Shown piece by piece: positions 50,527-60,821 of a stretch of DNA of 64,000 bases. Origin of the DNA: Syntrophales bacterium (lineage in GTDB: Bacteria > Desulfobacterota > Syntrophia > Syntrophales > UBA4778); assembly GCA_963665615.2 (NCBI GenBank), contig CAXXQE010000001.1, positions 124,001 to 188,000 on the forward strand, written 5' to 3'. Position numbers and translations under genes: made by a program. How positions within the stretch are numbered: position 1 is the stretch's first letter; every line of letters begins with the position of its first letter. The notes under the pieces are model-generated. The model was not told the origin of the DNA, did not search any database, and was given only the letters and a program-made list of their open reading frames with translations.

Positions 50527-52998
50527 TCAAATGAAGAGGTTGGTGTCGGCGTGCTCCGCGCATTCCAGGTAGGTCGCCACACCGCCGATCTCCACGCCGT
50601 CGATCAGTTCCTCTTTCCGAATGCCCATGAGGTCCATCGACATCTGACAGGCGATAATCCGCGCGCCGTTGTCAAGGGCCAGGCGAATCATCTCTTCCAG
50701 TGAGTCGACATTTCGGGATTTCATCAGCCCGCGGATCATCAGCGGTCCCATGCCGGCCATGTTCATTCGGGAAAGCCCGAGTTTTTTGCTGCCCCGCGGC
50801 AGCATCCAGCCGAACATCTTCTCGATCAGGTTTTTGCCGAGCCCGCCGATGGGCCGCTCTTTCCGGAGGATCGTCAATCCCCAGAAGGTGAAGAAGAGGG
50901 TCACCTTGCGTCCCATGGCCAGGGCGCCGTTGGCGATAATGAAGCTCGCGATGGCCTTGTCGAGGTCGCCGTCAAAGACAATGATCGTCTTGTCGTTGCC
51001 ATGCGATGGCTCGGCAATCCTTTGTTCGCCCGCGCCCTTCTGGATCGTCGCCTGAACGATGCCCTTCTCCATGTTGAGCGAAACGACCTGATTGCCTGTA
51101 GCCTTGGCCCAGGAACCCACGTCGCTGTAAAAGCCCGGATCGGTCGATTTGACGATGAGTTGATCCCCGGCTGCCAGTTTGTCCATCTCGGCCTTGACCT
51201 TCATTACGGGACCGGGGCACTGCAGACCGCAGGCATCCACCTCGACCACCTGCTGACGCATGGGGACCGCGGCCTGGGATTGTCGCATGCCGGTATCGAT
51301 CGACTCGTCAAAGGTCTGGCTGATGGCAGGTTTTTCGGTGGCTGCGGAATACGTGAGGTAGCCGCCGGAGAGGTTGTAAACCTCGGCGTAGCCCTTCTGC
51401 GCGAGAATGCGCGCAGCGATGTAGCCGCGAAGTCCCACCCGGCAGAAAATGATGATCTTTTTATCCTTCGGGATTTCATTGAGCCGGGCGCGCAGCGCAT
51501 CGACGGGAATATTGACGGCGCCGGGAATGGTTCCCAGCTTCACCTCCTCCGGCGTTCTCGTATCGATCAGGACGTGATCGCCTCTTTCCGGACTGTTCAT
51601 GATCGCCTCGACGCGGTCCCAGGCAATGACCTTGACCTTTCCGGTCAGGATGTTTTCGCCGATGAAGCCCGCCATGTTGACCGGATCCTTCGCGGCGGAA
51701 TAGGGCGGGGCGTAGGCGTGCTCGATCTCCTGCAGGTCCTGGATCTTCGCGCCGAAGTGCAGGGCGGTGGCGATGACGTCAATACGCTTGTCCACGCCGT
51801 CATAACCCACACCCTGCGCGCCCAAGAGCTGACCGGTATCCGGGGAGAAGATGACCTTGAAGGCCATCTGGAGCGCGTTGGGGTAATAGCCGGCGTGCGA
51901 GGCGGGATGAATGATCGTCGAGGTATGAGGGATGTTGGCGGCTGCAAGGGCTTTTTCGTTCGCGCCGGTGGCGGCCACGGTCATGTCGAAGACCTTGGCA
52001 ACGGCGGTTCCCATGGTGCCGGCGTACTTCTTGACGTTGCCCTGGACGATGTTGTCCGCAACCATGCGCCCCTGTTTGTTGGCGGGCCCGGCCAAGGGAA
52101 TCTGTCCCTTCCTGCGGAGGATCGGGTTGAAGATCTCGACGGCATCGCCGACGGCGTAGATATCGGGATCGCTGGTCTGCAAGTAATCGTTGACCACAAT
52201 GCCGCCCCACTGGCCTATGGTCAGGCCTGCATCCCTGGCCAGTTTTGAATTGGGTCGGACGCCGATCGACAGCAGCACGATGTCTCCGGTGACTTCCCGG
52301 CCGCTCTTCAGCCTGAGTCGTACGAGGCCGCCCACATCCGCGAAGGAGGCCACGCCGTCGCTCAGATAGAGCCCCACGTTTTTGGCGCGCAGGTGTTGAT
52401 GCACAAGCGCCGCCATCTCGAAGTCCAGAGGGGTCATGACCTGGTCAAGCGCCTCGACGACGGAAACATGGATGTCGAGCTGGTGAAAATTCTCCGCCAT
52501 CTCCAAACCGACAAAGCCCCCGCCCACGACAATGGCGTGCCGGGGCTTGCGATGGGTCACCACGGCCTTGATGCGATCGGTATCCGGCAGGGTCCAGAGC
52601 GTGTAGATGTTCGGGTGGTCAATGCCGGGAATCGGCGGTTTTACAGGCTCCGCGCCGGGCGAGAGGATGAGCTTGTCGTAGGTCTCGATGTACTCCCGGT
52701 CCCGGAGCGTGTCTTTGACCCGGACGGTATGGGCGGCGGGGTCGATCGACAGTGCCTCGCTGCGGGTGCGGACATCCACGCGAAACCGTGCCGTTAAGGC
52801 CTCCGGGGTTTGTACGAGGAGCTTGTTGCGTTCCTTGATCGTATCGCCGATATAGTAGGGCAGGCCGCAGTTTGCGAAGGAGACGTATTCCCCGCGCTCG
52901 AAAACGATAATCTCGGCGTCTTCATCGAGCCTTCTGAGACGTGCCGCAGCGGACATGCCGCCCGCGACGCCGCCGATAACGATATACTTCTTTGGCAT
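50527..52998 (-). CDS. CoA-disulfide reductase-like flavoprotein fused to rhodanese, TusA/SirA and DsrE-like domains
   Basis: GGVAGG, SFANCGLPY, YAPPY, FCRVGLRG, CGLQCPGP, FFTFWGL, ACQMSM. Confidence 0.9.
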   Translation of the reverse strand: MPKKYIVIGGVAGGMSAAARLRRLDEDAEIIVFERGEYVSFANCGLPYYIGDTIKERNKLLVQTPEALTARFRVDVRTRSEALSIDPAAHTVRVKDTLRDREYIETYDKLILSPGAEPVKPPIPGIDHPNIYTLWTLPDTDRIKAVVTHRKPRHAIVVGGGFVGLEMAENFHQLDIHVSVVEALDQVMTPLDFEMAALVHQHLRAKNVGLYLSDGVASFADVGGLVRLRLKSGREVTGDIVLLSIGVRPNSKLARDAGLTIGQWGGIVVNDYLQTSDPDIYAVGDAVEIFNPILRRKGQIPLAGPANKQGRMVADNIVQGNVKKYAGTMGTAVAKVFDMTVAATGANEKALAAANIPHTSTIIHPASHAGYYPNALQMAFKVIFSPDTGQLLGAQGVGYDGVDKRIDVIATALHFGAKIQDLQEIEHAYAPPYSAAKDPVNMAGFIGENILTGKVKVIAWDRVEAIMNSPERGDHVLIDTRTPEEVKLGTIPGAVNIPVDALRARLNEIPKDKKIIIFCRVGLRGYIAARILAQKGYAEVYNLSGGYLTYSAATEKPAISQTFDESIDTGMRQSQAAVPMRQQVVEVDACGLQCPGPVMKVKAEMDKLAAGDQLIVKSTDPGFYSDVGSWAKATGNQVVSLNMEKGIVQATIQKGAGEQRIAEPSHGNDKTIIVFDGDLDKAIASFIIANGALAMGRKVTLFFTFWGLTILRKERPIGGLGKNLIEKMFGWMLPRGSKKLGLSRMNMAGMGPLMIRGLMKSRNVDSLEEMIRLALDNGARIIACQMSMDLMGIRKEELIDGVEIGGVATYLECAEHADTNLFI

Positions 52999-53032
52999 TC
53001 GACTCCTCCCGTAATTTTTTTGTCTCGCCCTA

Positions 53033-53569
53033 TCACCAATAAGGATGGCGATGCCACCACGGATACGGATAAGGATATCCAAAATCGTAGGGCGGGCCCC
53101 AGAACCAGGGGTCGTAGGGACTGACTTCCCGCCGCTTTTCCCAGAGCCGGAGTTCCTTGGAATCGACGACGGGATAGAGATATCGGGCTTCACCCAAGGC
53201 CTGCTCCTCCTTGCCGGAAAGGGTGCCGACGACCGTTATTTCACGGCCCTTGTCGAAAATGGCGGGGTCGAGAAACCCATGATAGCGGACGATGAAACGG
53301 CCCGCGGATTTGTCCGTATTAATCGGGGACTTCTCCAGATCGAGATTCGTCTGCCTGACTTTGATGAGGGTTTCGCCTTCGCGGTTTGTGGTTTCGATGA
53401 TAACGCCGCCCCAGAGAACCGTCTGGCCTTTATATCGATCGGGATCCTTCAGGACGTCGGCGAAGGGGATCGTGGGATTGACCTCGCTCATCACCCGCTT
53501 GGAAAAGGGTGCGCAGGCCGTAAGCAGGAGCGCCATGAGGAGGAGCTCCATGATCAGCAGGCGTCTCAT
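53033..53569 (-). CDS. Slp family lipoprotein
   Basis: Lipobox LTAC; WGGVII, GRFI...FLDPAIF..GREITVVG. Confidence 0.85.
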   Translation of the reverse strand: MRRLLIMELLLMALLLTACAPFSKRVMSEVNPTIPFADVLKDPDRYKGQTVLWGGVIIETTNREGETLIKVRQTNLDLEKSPINTDKSAGRFIVRYHGFLDPAIFDKGREITVVGTLSGKEEQALGEARYLYPVVDSKELRLWEKRREVSPYDPWFWGPPYDFGYPYPYPWWHRHPYW

Positions 53570-54072
53570 AATCCCACCCCCACACCGATTCCGATGCCAA
53601 AGCGCGGAGAGGATTTTTCGCCAGGTTGCCACACGTGGTGTTCCTTGGGGACAATGACAGGATAGGTGTATTTGATCTGATTGAGGGGGAGAACCTTCTT
53701 GCCCTGCACCTCTCCGGCTACGGTGATCTGTCGGCCGGCGGCATAGATGGCCGGATCGACGAATCCCTTGAATACAATGATGAACCGTCCCTGGCTCCGG
53801 TCGGTTTCTTCGGGCTTCAAGTCGCGATCAAGGGCTTTCTGAACGACTTCGATCCAGGTTTCGTCCTCCTTTACGGTTGCCGTGACGATCTGACCGCCAA
53901 CAACGACCGTCTTCCCGACAAATTGCTCCGGATGGGCCTGAAGATCCTGGAAGGCGATGGAGCGATCTGCACTGTTGAGGACGGGCTTGGAGATGACGGG
54001 CGTACAACCGGTTACGAGCAAGGCAGAAAACACCAGAAGAAGGGTTGCGATCGATGTGTGTGCGCGACGCAT
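53566..54072 (-). CDS. Slp family lipoprotein
   Basis: Lipobox VTGC; GGQIV, GRFI...FVDPAIY..GRQITVAG. Confidence 0.85.
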   Translation of the reverse strand: MRRAHTSIATLLLVFSALLVTGCTPVISKPVLNSADRSIAFQDLQAHPEQFVGKTVVVGGQIVTATVKEDETWIEVVQKALDRDLKPEETDRSQGRFIIVFKGFVDPAIYAAGRQITVAGEVQGKKVLPLNQIKYTYPVIVPKEHHVWQPGEKSSPRFGIGIGVGVGL

Positions 54073-54199
54073 GGTACTGACCTCGCTTTCCGGAAGGGGG
54101 AGTTGCTGTCCGACCTTCCTGCGTATTCGACCCCTGTCTATTTTATAAGGCACGAACGGACAAAGATCAACGCAAAATCCTTCGCTTCGTTTCCCGGGT

Positions 54200-54247
54200 C
54201 CCTAAAGGATCGGATATTCGCCGGAGTTTGCTCCGGTGAATCTTTAA
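54200..54247 (+). repeat. Family C repeat, partial copy 3
   Basis: GGATCGGATATTCGCCGGAGTTTGCTCCGGTGAATCTTT matches the 3' half of 5128-5209. Confidence 0.65.
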
Positions 54248-54372
54248 TGAAAGTAGACACTGTCCAATTATTTCAGACTTTTTACAGCCCCATCAGACAG
54301 ATGCCCAAAGACGTTTTTAGTATTACTTTCATAACTACTTGAAATTGTGTCGTTAAATATTTTTTCTGTTTC

Positions 54373-54388
54373 TGGTACGGTCGTTGCT
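54373..54388 (+). promoter_or_regulatory. sigma54 promoter of MCP-cheW
   Basis: TGGTACGGTCGTTGCT (GG-N10-GC). Confidence 0.65.
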
Positions 54389-54477
54389 TTATGAGTGGGA
54401 AAGCGAAAAGGTGACGGACAGTTGTTTGTGGAGATCAAAAAATAGTGACGATGAATTGAAAGGAAGTGCGATCAATA

Positions 54478-56337
54478 ATGAAAAAGAGAACTCTTACGTT
54501 TAAACTGGTAGCAGGCGGAATCATGGCCGTCTTTATCCCCCTGGTTTTTGTTGGTGTGTTCGCTTCTATGGAGGCGTCCACCGCTCTGGACAATGCCATG
54601 CGGGAGCGTGTCGTGAAAGGTGCGGGAAAACTGGCGGATCTGGTTCAAGAGACGCTTGGTCAAGAGATTAAATTTGTCACGCAATTATCCCTGAGCGGCG
54701 ATGCCGTCACGGCGGCTGCTACCGGCAAGGTTGCAGCGATGGACAGCATCTTGGCTGAACTGCAGAACAAATTCGGTCAGCATTACGAATCAGTCGTCAT
54801 CCTCAATGCTAGTGGCGTTATTGTTTCCGACGGTATCCGCGGCACCTCCAAAGGCGTTTCCTTGGCTGAACGGGATTACTTTCAGAAGGCCAAGAGCGGC
54901 GCGGTTGCCATCGGTTCCGTTGTCAAGTCGAAAATAAGCGGCAATCCTATTGTCACGGTCTGTGCGCCCATTATGAAAGACGGGTCCTTTGTGGGCGCCG
55001 CTGCCGCGATTATGAAAATGGATAATCTTTCGGAAAAGATCACGGCCAAGCTGGGCCAGACCGGCTACGGATTCATGGTGGACAAAGAAGGAAACTTTAT
55101 CGCGCATCCGGAAAAGGCCAACGTTCTGACCCTTAATCTGAAGTCGTTGGTCGGTATGGAAAAGATTTCCAGTCAGATGATGGCCGCCCAGAGCGGTGTG
55201 GAGAAATATGTTTTCAAGGGAACCGGCAAAATAGCCGGTTTTGCGCCGATAGCCTTGACAGGGTGGAGCATCTGCCTGACGCAGAATGACGAGGAATTCC
55301 TCGGGGCTGCGCATTCCATTCGGAACATTATTTTCCTGGTTACCGTGATCTTCCTTGCGGTCACGGTTGTTGGCGTCTTCTTTTTTGCCAAGAAGATTTC
55401 TGGCGCGATCCAGAACGCTGTCGTGCAGATGAGCGAAGCGGCGACCCAGGTCTCCGCTGCGTCCAGTCAGGTGTCGGCGGCTAGCCAGTCCCTGGCGGAG
55501 GGGTCTTCGGAGCAGGCGTCTTCCATTGAAGAGACCTCGTCGTCTTTGGAGGAGATGTCGTCCATGACCAAGCAGAATGCGGACAATGCCGGTCAGGCGG
55601 ATATCCTGATGAAGCAATCGAAACAGATTGTTGAGCGCGCCAATAGTACCTTGGGCAGCTTGACTCACTCCATGAAGGAAATTTCGGATGCCAGTGCCGA
55701 GACGTCAAAGATCATCAGGACCATTGACGAAATCGCTTTCCAAACCAATCTCCTGGCGTTGAATGCAGCGGTTGAGGCTGCGCGCGCCGGTGAGGCGGGT
55801 GCAGGGTTTGCGGTGGTCGCTGAGGAAGTCAGAAACCTGGCAATGCGGGCTGCCGATGCGGCCAGAAACACGGCAGGCTTGATCGAGGGCACCGTCGAAA
55901 AGGTTAAAGATGGGTCCGAGCTGGTTGCCAAAACCAATGAAGCCTTCAGTGAAGTGTCGGTCAGTTCTGGGAAGGTGGCCGAATTGGTTGGAGAGATTGC
56001 AGCAGCTTCGAGAGAGCAGTCCCAAGGGATCGATCAGATCAATCGCGCCGTGAGCGAGATGGAAAAGGTCACGCAGATGAATGCCGCCAACGCGGAAGAA
56101 TCCGCGGCAGCGTCTGAGGAGCTCAATGCCCAGGCGGAACAGATGTCCCAGGTGTCCAGGATCTTGGCCGAGATCGTTGGTGGTCAGACAGACGGTGGGG
56201 ACGTATCTTATCGATCCGCGCGACAGGACACGTTGAGGCCGATCGCATCCAGGCCGGCCATGCTGACAGCGAAAGGGACGGTTAAAAAGGCTCTCCCCCA
56301 TCATTTTGACAGCGATGCCTTTGAGGAAGCGTTATAA
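54478..56337 (+). CDS. Methyl-accepting chemotaxis protein with Cache domain
   Basis: Two TM helices, [42 protein letters not shown]. Confidence 0.96.
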   Translation: MKKRTLTFKLVAGGIMAVFIPLVFVGVFASMEASTALDNAMRERVVKGAGKLADLVQETLGQEIKFVTQLSLSGDAVTAAATGKVAAMDSILAELQNKFGQHYESVVILNASGVIVSDGIRGTSKGVSLAERDYFQKAKSGAVAIGSVVKSKISGNPIVTVCAPIMKDGSFVGAAAAIMKMDNLSEKITAKLGQTGYGFMVDKEGNFIAHPEKANVLTLNLKSLVGMEKISSQMMAAQSGVEKYVFKGTGKIAGFAPIALTGWSICLTQNDEEFLGAAHSIRNIIFLVTVIFLAVTVVGVFFFAKKISGAIQNAVVQMSEAATQVSAASSQVSAASQSLAEGSSEQASSIEETSSSLEEMSSMTKQNADNAGQADILMKQSKQIVERANSTLGSLTHSMKEISDASAETSKIIRTIDEIAFQTNLLALNAAVEAARAGEAGAGFAVVAEEVRNLAMRAADAARNTAGLIEGTVEKVKDGSELVAKTNEAFSEVSVSSGKVAELVGEIAAASREQSQGIDQINRAVSEMEKVTQMNAANAEESAAASEELNAQAEQMSQVSRILAEIVGGQTDGGDVSYRSARQDTLRPIASRPAMLTAKGTVKKALPHHFDSDAFEEAL

Positions 56338-56438
56338 CAGCCCACGTGCGGCAGAGGCCAGATCCTCTGCCGCACGAAAAAGGGTCAACAGATGGCTCAA
56401 TGAATGAAAGAAATGCAAGGGGGGGTACAGCAGAAAAT

Positions 56439-56927
56439 ATGGAAAAATTAGTAGAGATGGGAAAGATGGAGGGAAAGTATCTCACATTCGCATTGGGCAG
56501 TGAAGAATACGGCATCGGGATCTGTAAGGTTAAGGAAATCATCGGGATGATGCCGGTTACGACAGTGCCGCAGATGCCGACGTATGTCAAAGGCGTCATC
56601 AACCTGCGCGGCAAGGTGATCCCTGTGGTGTCTCTGCGGCTCAAGTTCGGGATGACGGACGCGGATTATACCGATCGGAGCTGCATCATTGTTGTGGAAG
56701 TCAAGATGAACGCCGATACGATGCTGATCGGCGTCGTTGTCGATACCGTTTCAGAAGTGATAAACATGCGCGAGGCGGAGATAGAACCGTCGCCCAGCTT
56801 TGGGGCATCGGTAGCGACTAACTATATTCTGGGAATGGCCAAGGCGGGTGACGGCGTCAAAATTCTCCTCGATATCGACAAAGTCATCGACACACAGGAA
56901 ATAGAAAATATCCGCGAGGCCGCGTAA
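56439..56927 (+). CDS. cheW: Chemotaxis protein CheW
   Basis: YLTFALGSEEYGI, VKGVINLRGKVIPVV, VVDTVSEV. Start uncertain (56400-56466). Confidence 0.93.
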   Translation: MEKLVEMGKMEGKYLTFALGSEEYGIGICKVKEIIGMMPVTTVPQMPTYVKGVINLRGKVIPVVSLRLKFGMTDADYTDRSCIIVVEVKMNADTMLIGVVVDTVSEVINMREAEIEPSPSFGASVATNYILGMAKAGDGVKILLDIDKVIDTQEIENIREAA

Positions 56928-57264
56928 CGCACCAGATACGGGAACGGTTCCTGGGGGCCGGTCCCTTCAGATTGCAACAAAGGGACAGAAGAAATTTTCT
57001 GACACGGGGAAGGACTCCCCCCTCCTCCTTCCCCGCTGTCCCTCTGTTATTCGTAAGATGGGGCAGCCGCCCCTCAAATCGTTTTCCTGTTGTGACTGAA
57101 TAAGAATGTGTGGCGACAATGATCCGGACGATTCCTCACGGTATACGCGGAGGGGTGCGGATGCGCTGACAACGCCAGTTCACGGGTGGCATTCATTAGT
57201 TCTGCGATTGCGGTGGCGATGCACTGGGATCTGGAACAATCTGAACCGCTTGGCAAAGGTTGCA

Positions 57265-60200
57265 TTAATTCCGATGAACACCCAGTTTTCTCATCCGAAA
57301 AGATAAGGTAGACGGTGGAACGCCCAGCAGTTTTGCGGCGCCTTTGGGGCCGGAGATTTTCCAATTCGTTTTGATCAGGGTCCTCAGGATATGCTTTCGT
57401 TCATTTTCTGCGAGCGTGCAATCCCCTTCCGATCCATTGTCTGAGTCCTGCGCATCAATATCCGTAATCCGAAATGATTGCCCCCGACTCAAGATAATGC
57501 TCCGCTCTATGATATTTTCCAGCTCGCGCACATTTCCCGGCCAGTGATATTGGATCAGTTTGTCCATCTCCTGCTTGGGAATGATTTTTATTTCTTTCCC
57601 CTGTTTTTTGGCATGGATGTTGAGAAAGTGATGCGCCAGCAGGGGCACGTCTTCCCTCCTGTCCCTCAACGCAGGAACCTGAATGGGGAAAGCACTCAGG
57701 CGGTAATAGAGATCTTCCCGAAAATTGCCTTCCCTGACTTCCTGGGCGAGGGGACGGTTCGTGGCAGTTATCAGCCGAAAATTGGAAGTGAGATGCGTTG
57801 ACCCGCCGACTCTTTCAAACTGCCGTGTCTGCAATACACGGAGAAGCTGGATTTGAATCTCTTCCGGGATATCCCCGATTTCATCCAGAAAGAGCGTTCC
57901 GCCGTCAGCCAGCTCAAAGCGGCCGATGCGGCGCTGGGTTGCACCGGTAAAGGCGCCTTTTTCATGACCGAATAATTCGCTGGGGATGAGATTGCCGGTC
58001 AATGCGCTCAGCTGGACACTGATGAACGGTTTGTCTCTGCGCTGGCTCAACCGATGGATGGCCCGGGCGACGAGTTCCTTGCCGACGCCGGTCTCTCCCT
58101 GGATCAGAACGGTCGCATCTGTTTCGGCCACCTGGGTGATCTGCGTGATCACCTTTTGCATCGCCCGGCTGTTCCCCACAATATTATCGAAATGCAACTG
58201 GGCCGAGTGCTCCTCTTCGTAATACTTCTTTTCTTCCTGAAGCTTCTGGTTCAGGGCATGGATCTCTTCATAGGCATTTGCGTTGTCGAGCGCAATGGCG
58301 GCCAGTGCGACGACATACGAGAGGATTTCAAGATCCTCTTCCTTGAAGGCGCTGCTCAGGAGCCGGTTGTCGTGGTACAGCACCCCGATGATCTTGTCCC
58401 GAAAGACCATGGGGACGCAGATCATGGAACGGATGCGCTGGGATGGTGATCGGGGCTCGTTTTCTCCGGTCTGGGGACTGCGGATGAGCCCCTGGCGCGA
58501 CTTGATGGCTTCCTTGATCAGGTCCAGTGAAGTGCTGAAGTCCGGATGCGCCACTTCGGCGGCCGTCAGGTTCTTCGATGCGCGAAGCTGGAGGTCTGCT
58601 GCGTTGGTTTCATTCTCCTCGATCAGAAAAATGGCGCCGCGTTCCGCTCCCGTCAACTGATTGATGACCGTGATGATGTGCTGCATCATCTGCATCAGTT
58701 CACGGTTATCGCGTACGTGGACGATATCGCGCCCCAGTTCCAGCATCTTTTTGAGGAGGACTTCCTTGTCCTTCGCGGGAGGCGGCGCGAGTTGCCTGAG
58801 CTCATGCGGAATCAGGTCCAGATTCAGGTCCGTATTCAGAAGGGACAGATCCTTGTAGGCCCGGCGGGTCAGGACACCGGCCTTCGCGTCTTCGCCCTGG
58901 GCGACAAAGTAGCGCGCGAACTCGACCCTTGAACGGATAGACTCAATGACATGCCCCGACAGGGACAGCCATCGGATCGAGTCTCTGAACGACGCCATCA
59001 CCTGCTGCCGTGGCGCGTCCTTTCTGGACAACAGAAACGCATGGTGCCGATAGGCAATTCCTTTCAGATAGATGTTCTGCGCCTGAATGCTCTTTTCAAC
59101 CTCCTGCTCCATGGACAGCCCCCCCGCGCGGGGCATCTCTCCTATCTCCATGGCGTGGAGCAATTCCAGCACGTAGGGATAGGGTGCGATAGCGTCCACC
59201 TCCCGGCTGTTTTTCAGGAATCGGTTCAGATAGGTCAGGGCCTGCTTGTGCTCCCCTTTGCATTGATGCGCGAAGGCCATCGTAATCTGGGAGACGAGCC
59301 AGACCCACCGGTTGTTCGTTTCCTTTGCCAGCTTGATCGCATCCTGGATGTATGTCATCGCCTCATCGATCCGTCTCATCGTCAGCATGATCTCGCCCAG
59401 CGTTGCCAGCGCATTGCTGGCCAGATAGCGGTCGCCTCTTTTGAGGCAATGATCGCCAATGGCGTCGATGATCCCGAGTCCCTGCGTGATCTGGCCGATC
59501 TGCGCATAGCAGTAGCCCACCATCATGAGGCACAGCAGCGGGAAGTGCAGATTGGGGTAATCGGAAATGCTGGGCGACGTTCTTTCATGGTTGAGGACCG
59601 CCTCCCTGAATTTCCCCTGCCAGTAGAGAAAAAAGGTGCTGAACGGGTCAATGGCGCGACGGAACTGCTGATCTTCCAGGCCTTCGGCGATCTGCCAGCC
59701 GCGTTCAAAATGGACGATGGCTTGATCGTAATGCGCCCTTAACCATTCATTGCTGGCAATGTGCATTTCCAACAGGGATTGCGCGGAAAGATGGCCCTGT
59801 TTGCTGGCCCTTGTCAGCGCTTCCGTCAAGGTGGCCAGGACCTTGGCGGTTTCGTGTTGCGCTGTGGAGGTCTTGGCGTATTGAATGGCTGTTTCGGAAA
59901 AGAGGCGGTCCGATTCAGGGTCGTGAGAGTTTTTCAGATCCTTCAGGATCTTGGAGTAGCATTGCAGGGCCTGCTCATTCTGAAACGAGGACCGAAAAGC
60001 ATCTCCTGCCTTCAATAAAAATCGGCAATAGGTCAGATCGTTATTAACCTGCAGAAGATGCTGGGATACCGTTTTTAATTTTTCATCCGTTTCAGGAAAT
60101 TCCTGGATCAGGATATCGGCGATCTTTCGATGCAGGGTTTCTCTTTCGTCCGGCCGTACGTCCTTTCTGAACTCGGTCTGGCTGGCTTTATCTTTAAACA

Positions 60201-60402
60201 CATAGACTCCCGGCCGGGGCGATACAAGCATTTCCTTATCGATCAAGGCCTGAAGCTCGGCGATGACGATGCTGGCCCGGCTTCTCGACAGCTCAATGAG
60301 CCAGTCGATCATGAACTCGCCTTCGAAGAGCGAGGCCAGGGCTATAATTCTATCAGGGTTCTGCCCGGATTCGATCGGGGGGAACGTCGTCTGGTAAGAC
60401 AT
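57265..60402 (-). CDS. Large sigma54-dependent activator (helical/TPR-like region, GAF, AAA+, Fis-type HTH)
   Basis: GETGVGKE, ELFGHEKGAFTGA, FLDEIG, FREDLYYRL, WPGNVRELEN, AAKLLG; GAF RSMICVP...GVLY. Confidence 0.92.
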   Translation of the reverse strand: MSYQTTFPPIESGQNPDRIIALASLFEGEFMIDWLIELSRSRASIVIAELQALIDKEMLVSPRPGVYVFKDKASQTEFRKDVRPDERETLHRKIADILIQEFPETDEKLKTVSQHLLQVNNDLTYCRFLLKAGDAFRSSFQNEQALQCYSKILKDLKNSHDPESDRLFSETAIQYAKTSTAQHETAKVLATLTEALTRASKQGHLSAQSLLEMHIASNEWLRAHYDQAIVHFERGWQIAEGLEDQQFRRAIDPFSTFFLYWQGKFREAVLNHERTSPSISDYPNLHFPLLCLMMVGYCYAQIGQITQGLGIIDAIGDHCLKRGDRYLASNALATLGEIMLTMRRIDEAMTYIQDAIKLAKETNNRWVWLVSQITMAFAHQCKGEHKQALTYLNRFLKNSREVDAIAPYPYVLELLHAMEIGEMPRAGGLSMEQEVEKSIQAQNIYLKGIAYRHHAFLLSRKDAPRQQVMASFRDSIRWLSLSGHVIESIRSRVEFARYFVAQGEDAKAGVLTRRAYKDLSLLNTDLNLDLIPHELRQLAPPPAKDKEVLLKKMLELGRDIVHVRDNRELMQMMQHIITVINQLTGAERGAIFLIEENETNAADLQLRASKNLTAAEVAHPDFSTSLDLIKEAIKSRQGLIRSPQTGENEPRSPSQRIRSMICVPMVFRDKIIGVLYHDNRLLSSAFKEEDLEILSYVVALAAIALDNANAYEEIHALNQKLQEEKKYYEEEHSAQLHFDNIVGNSRAMQKVITQITQVAETDATVLIQGETGVGKELVARAIHRLSQRRDKPFISVQLSALTGNLIPSELFGHEKGAFTGATQRRIGRFELADGGTLFLDEIGDIPEEIQIQLLRVLQTRQFERVGGSTHLTSNFRLITATNRPLAQEVREGNFREDLYYRLSAFPIQVPALRDRREDVPLLAHHFLNIHAKKQGKEIKIIPKQEMDKLIQYHWPGNVRELENIIERSIILSRGQSFRITDIDAQDSDNGSEGDCTLAENERKHILRTLIKTNWKISGPKGAAKLLGVPPSTLSFRMRKLGVHRN

Positions 60403-60478
60403 GAATTCACATTCTATTCCTTTCAGCCATCCTCAAGTTGTTCAATATAGTTTTCTCCATTATTTGTCAATGAAAGTA

Positions 60479-60514
60479 TCAATATGTTGAGATGATGTCG
60501 CAATATATTGCGAC
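60479..60514. promoter_or_regulatory. Tandem palindromes, candidate upstream activator sites
   Basis: TCAATATGTTGA (60479-60490) and perfect GTCGCAATATATTGCGAC (60497-60514). Confidence 0.6.
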
Positions 60515-60585
60515 TTTTATTGGCTAATCAGAAACAAGATGATTTTAACAACTTATTTTTATTGAATATTCTTGTAATTGTCTGG

Positions 60586-60601
60586 TGGCATCGATCTTGC
60601 T
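60586..60601 (+). promoter_or_regulatory. sigma54 promoter of the AbfD-like operon
   Basis: TGGCATCGATCTTGCT (GG-N10-GC). Confidence 0.8.
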
Positions 60602-60821
60602 AAAACATACAGATGAAGGGAACCAATGGCGGAAGACATGTTATTGTCTTTCGGCTCTCCGCCTGCCATTGTGTCCAGGTCGGAAACCGGGGTTACGCCG
60701 CTTGGACGCGCCTCGTTACGTGAAGGCAGGGGGATTTTAGATGCTTGACGAGCGTCATAATTAGGGATAAATCCTGAAAAGAATATTAGGGAGTTAAAGA
60801 AAAAACCAAGGAGGTTTACTT

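Noticed and set aside
56930..57260. ncRNA or small gene between cheW and the sigma54 activator
   Set aside because: Only a hairpin near 56980-57045 and a motif-less short ORF; insufficient support.
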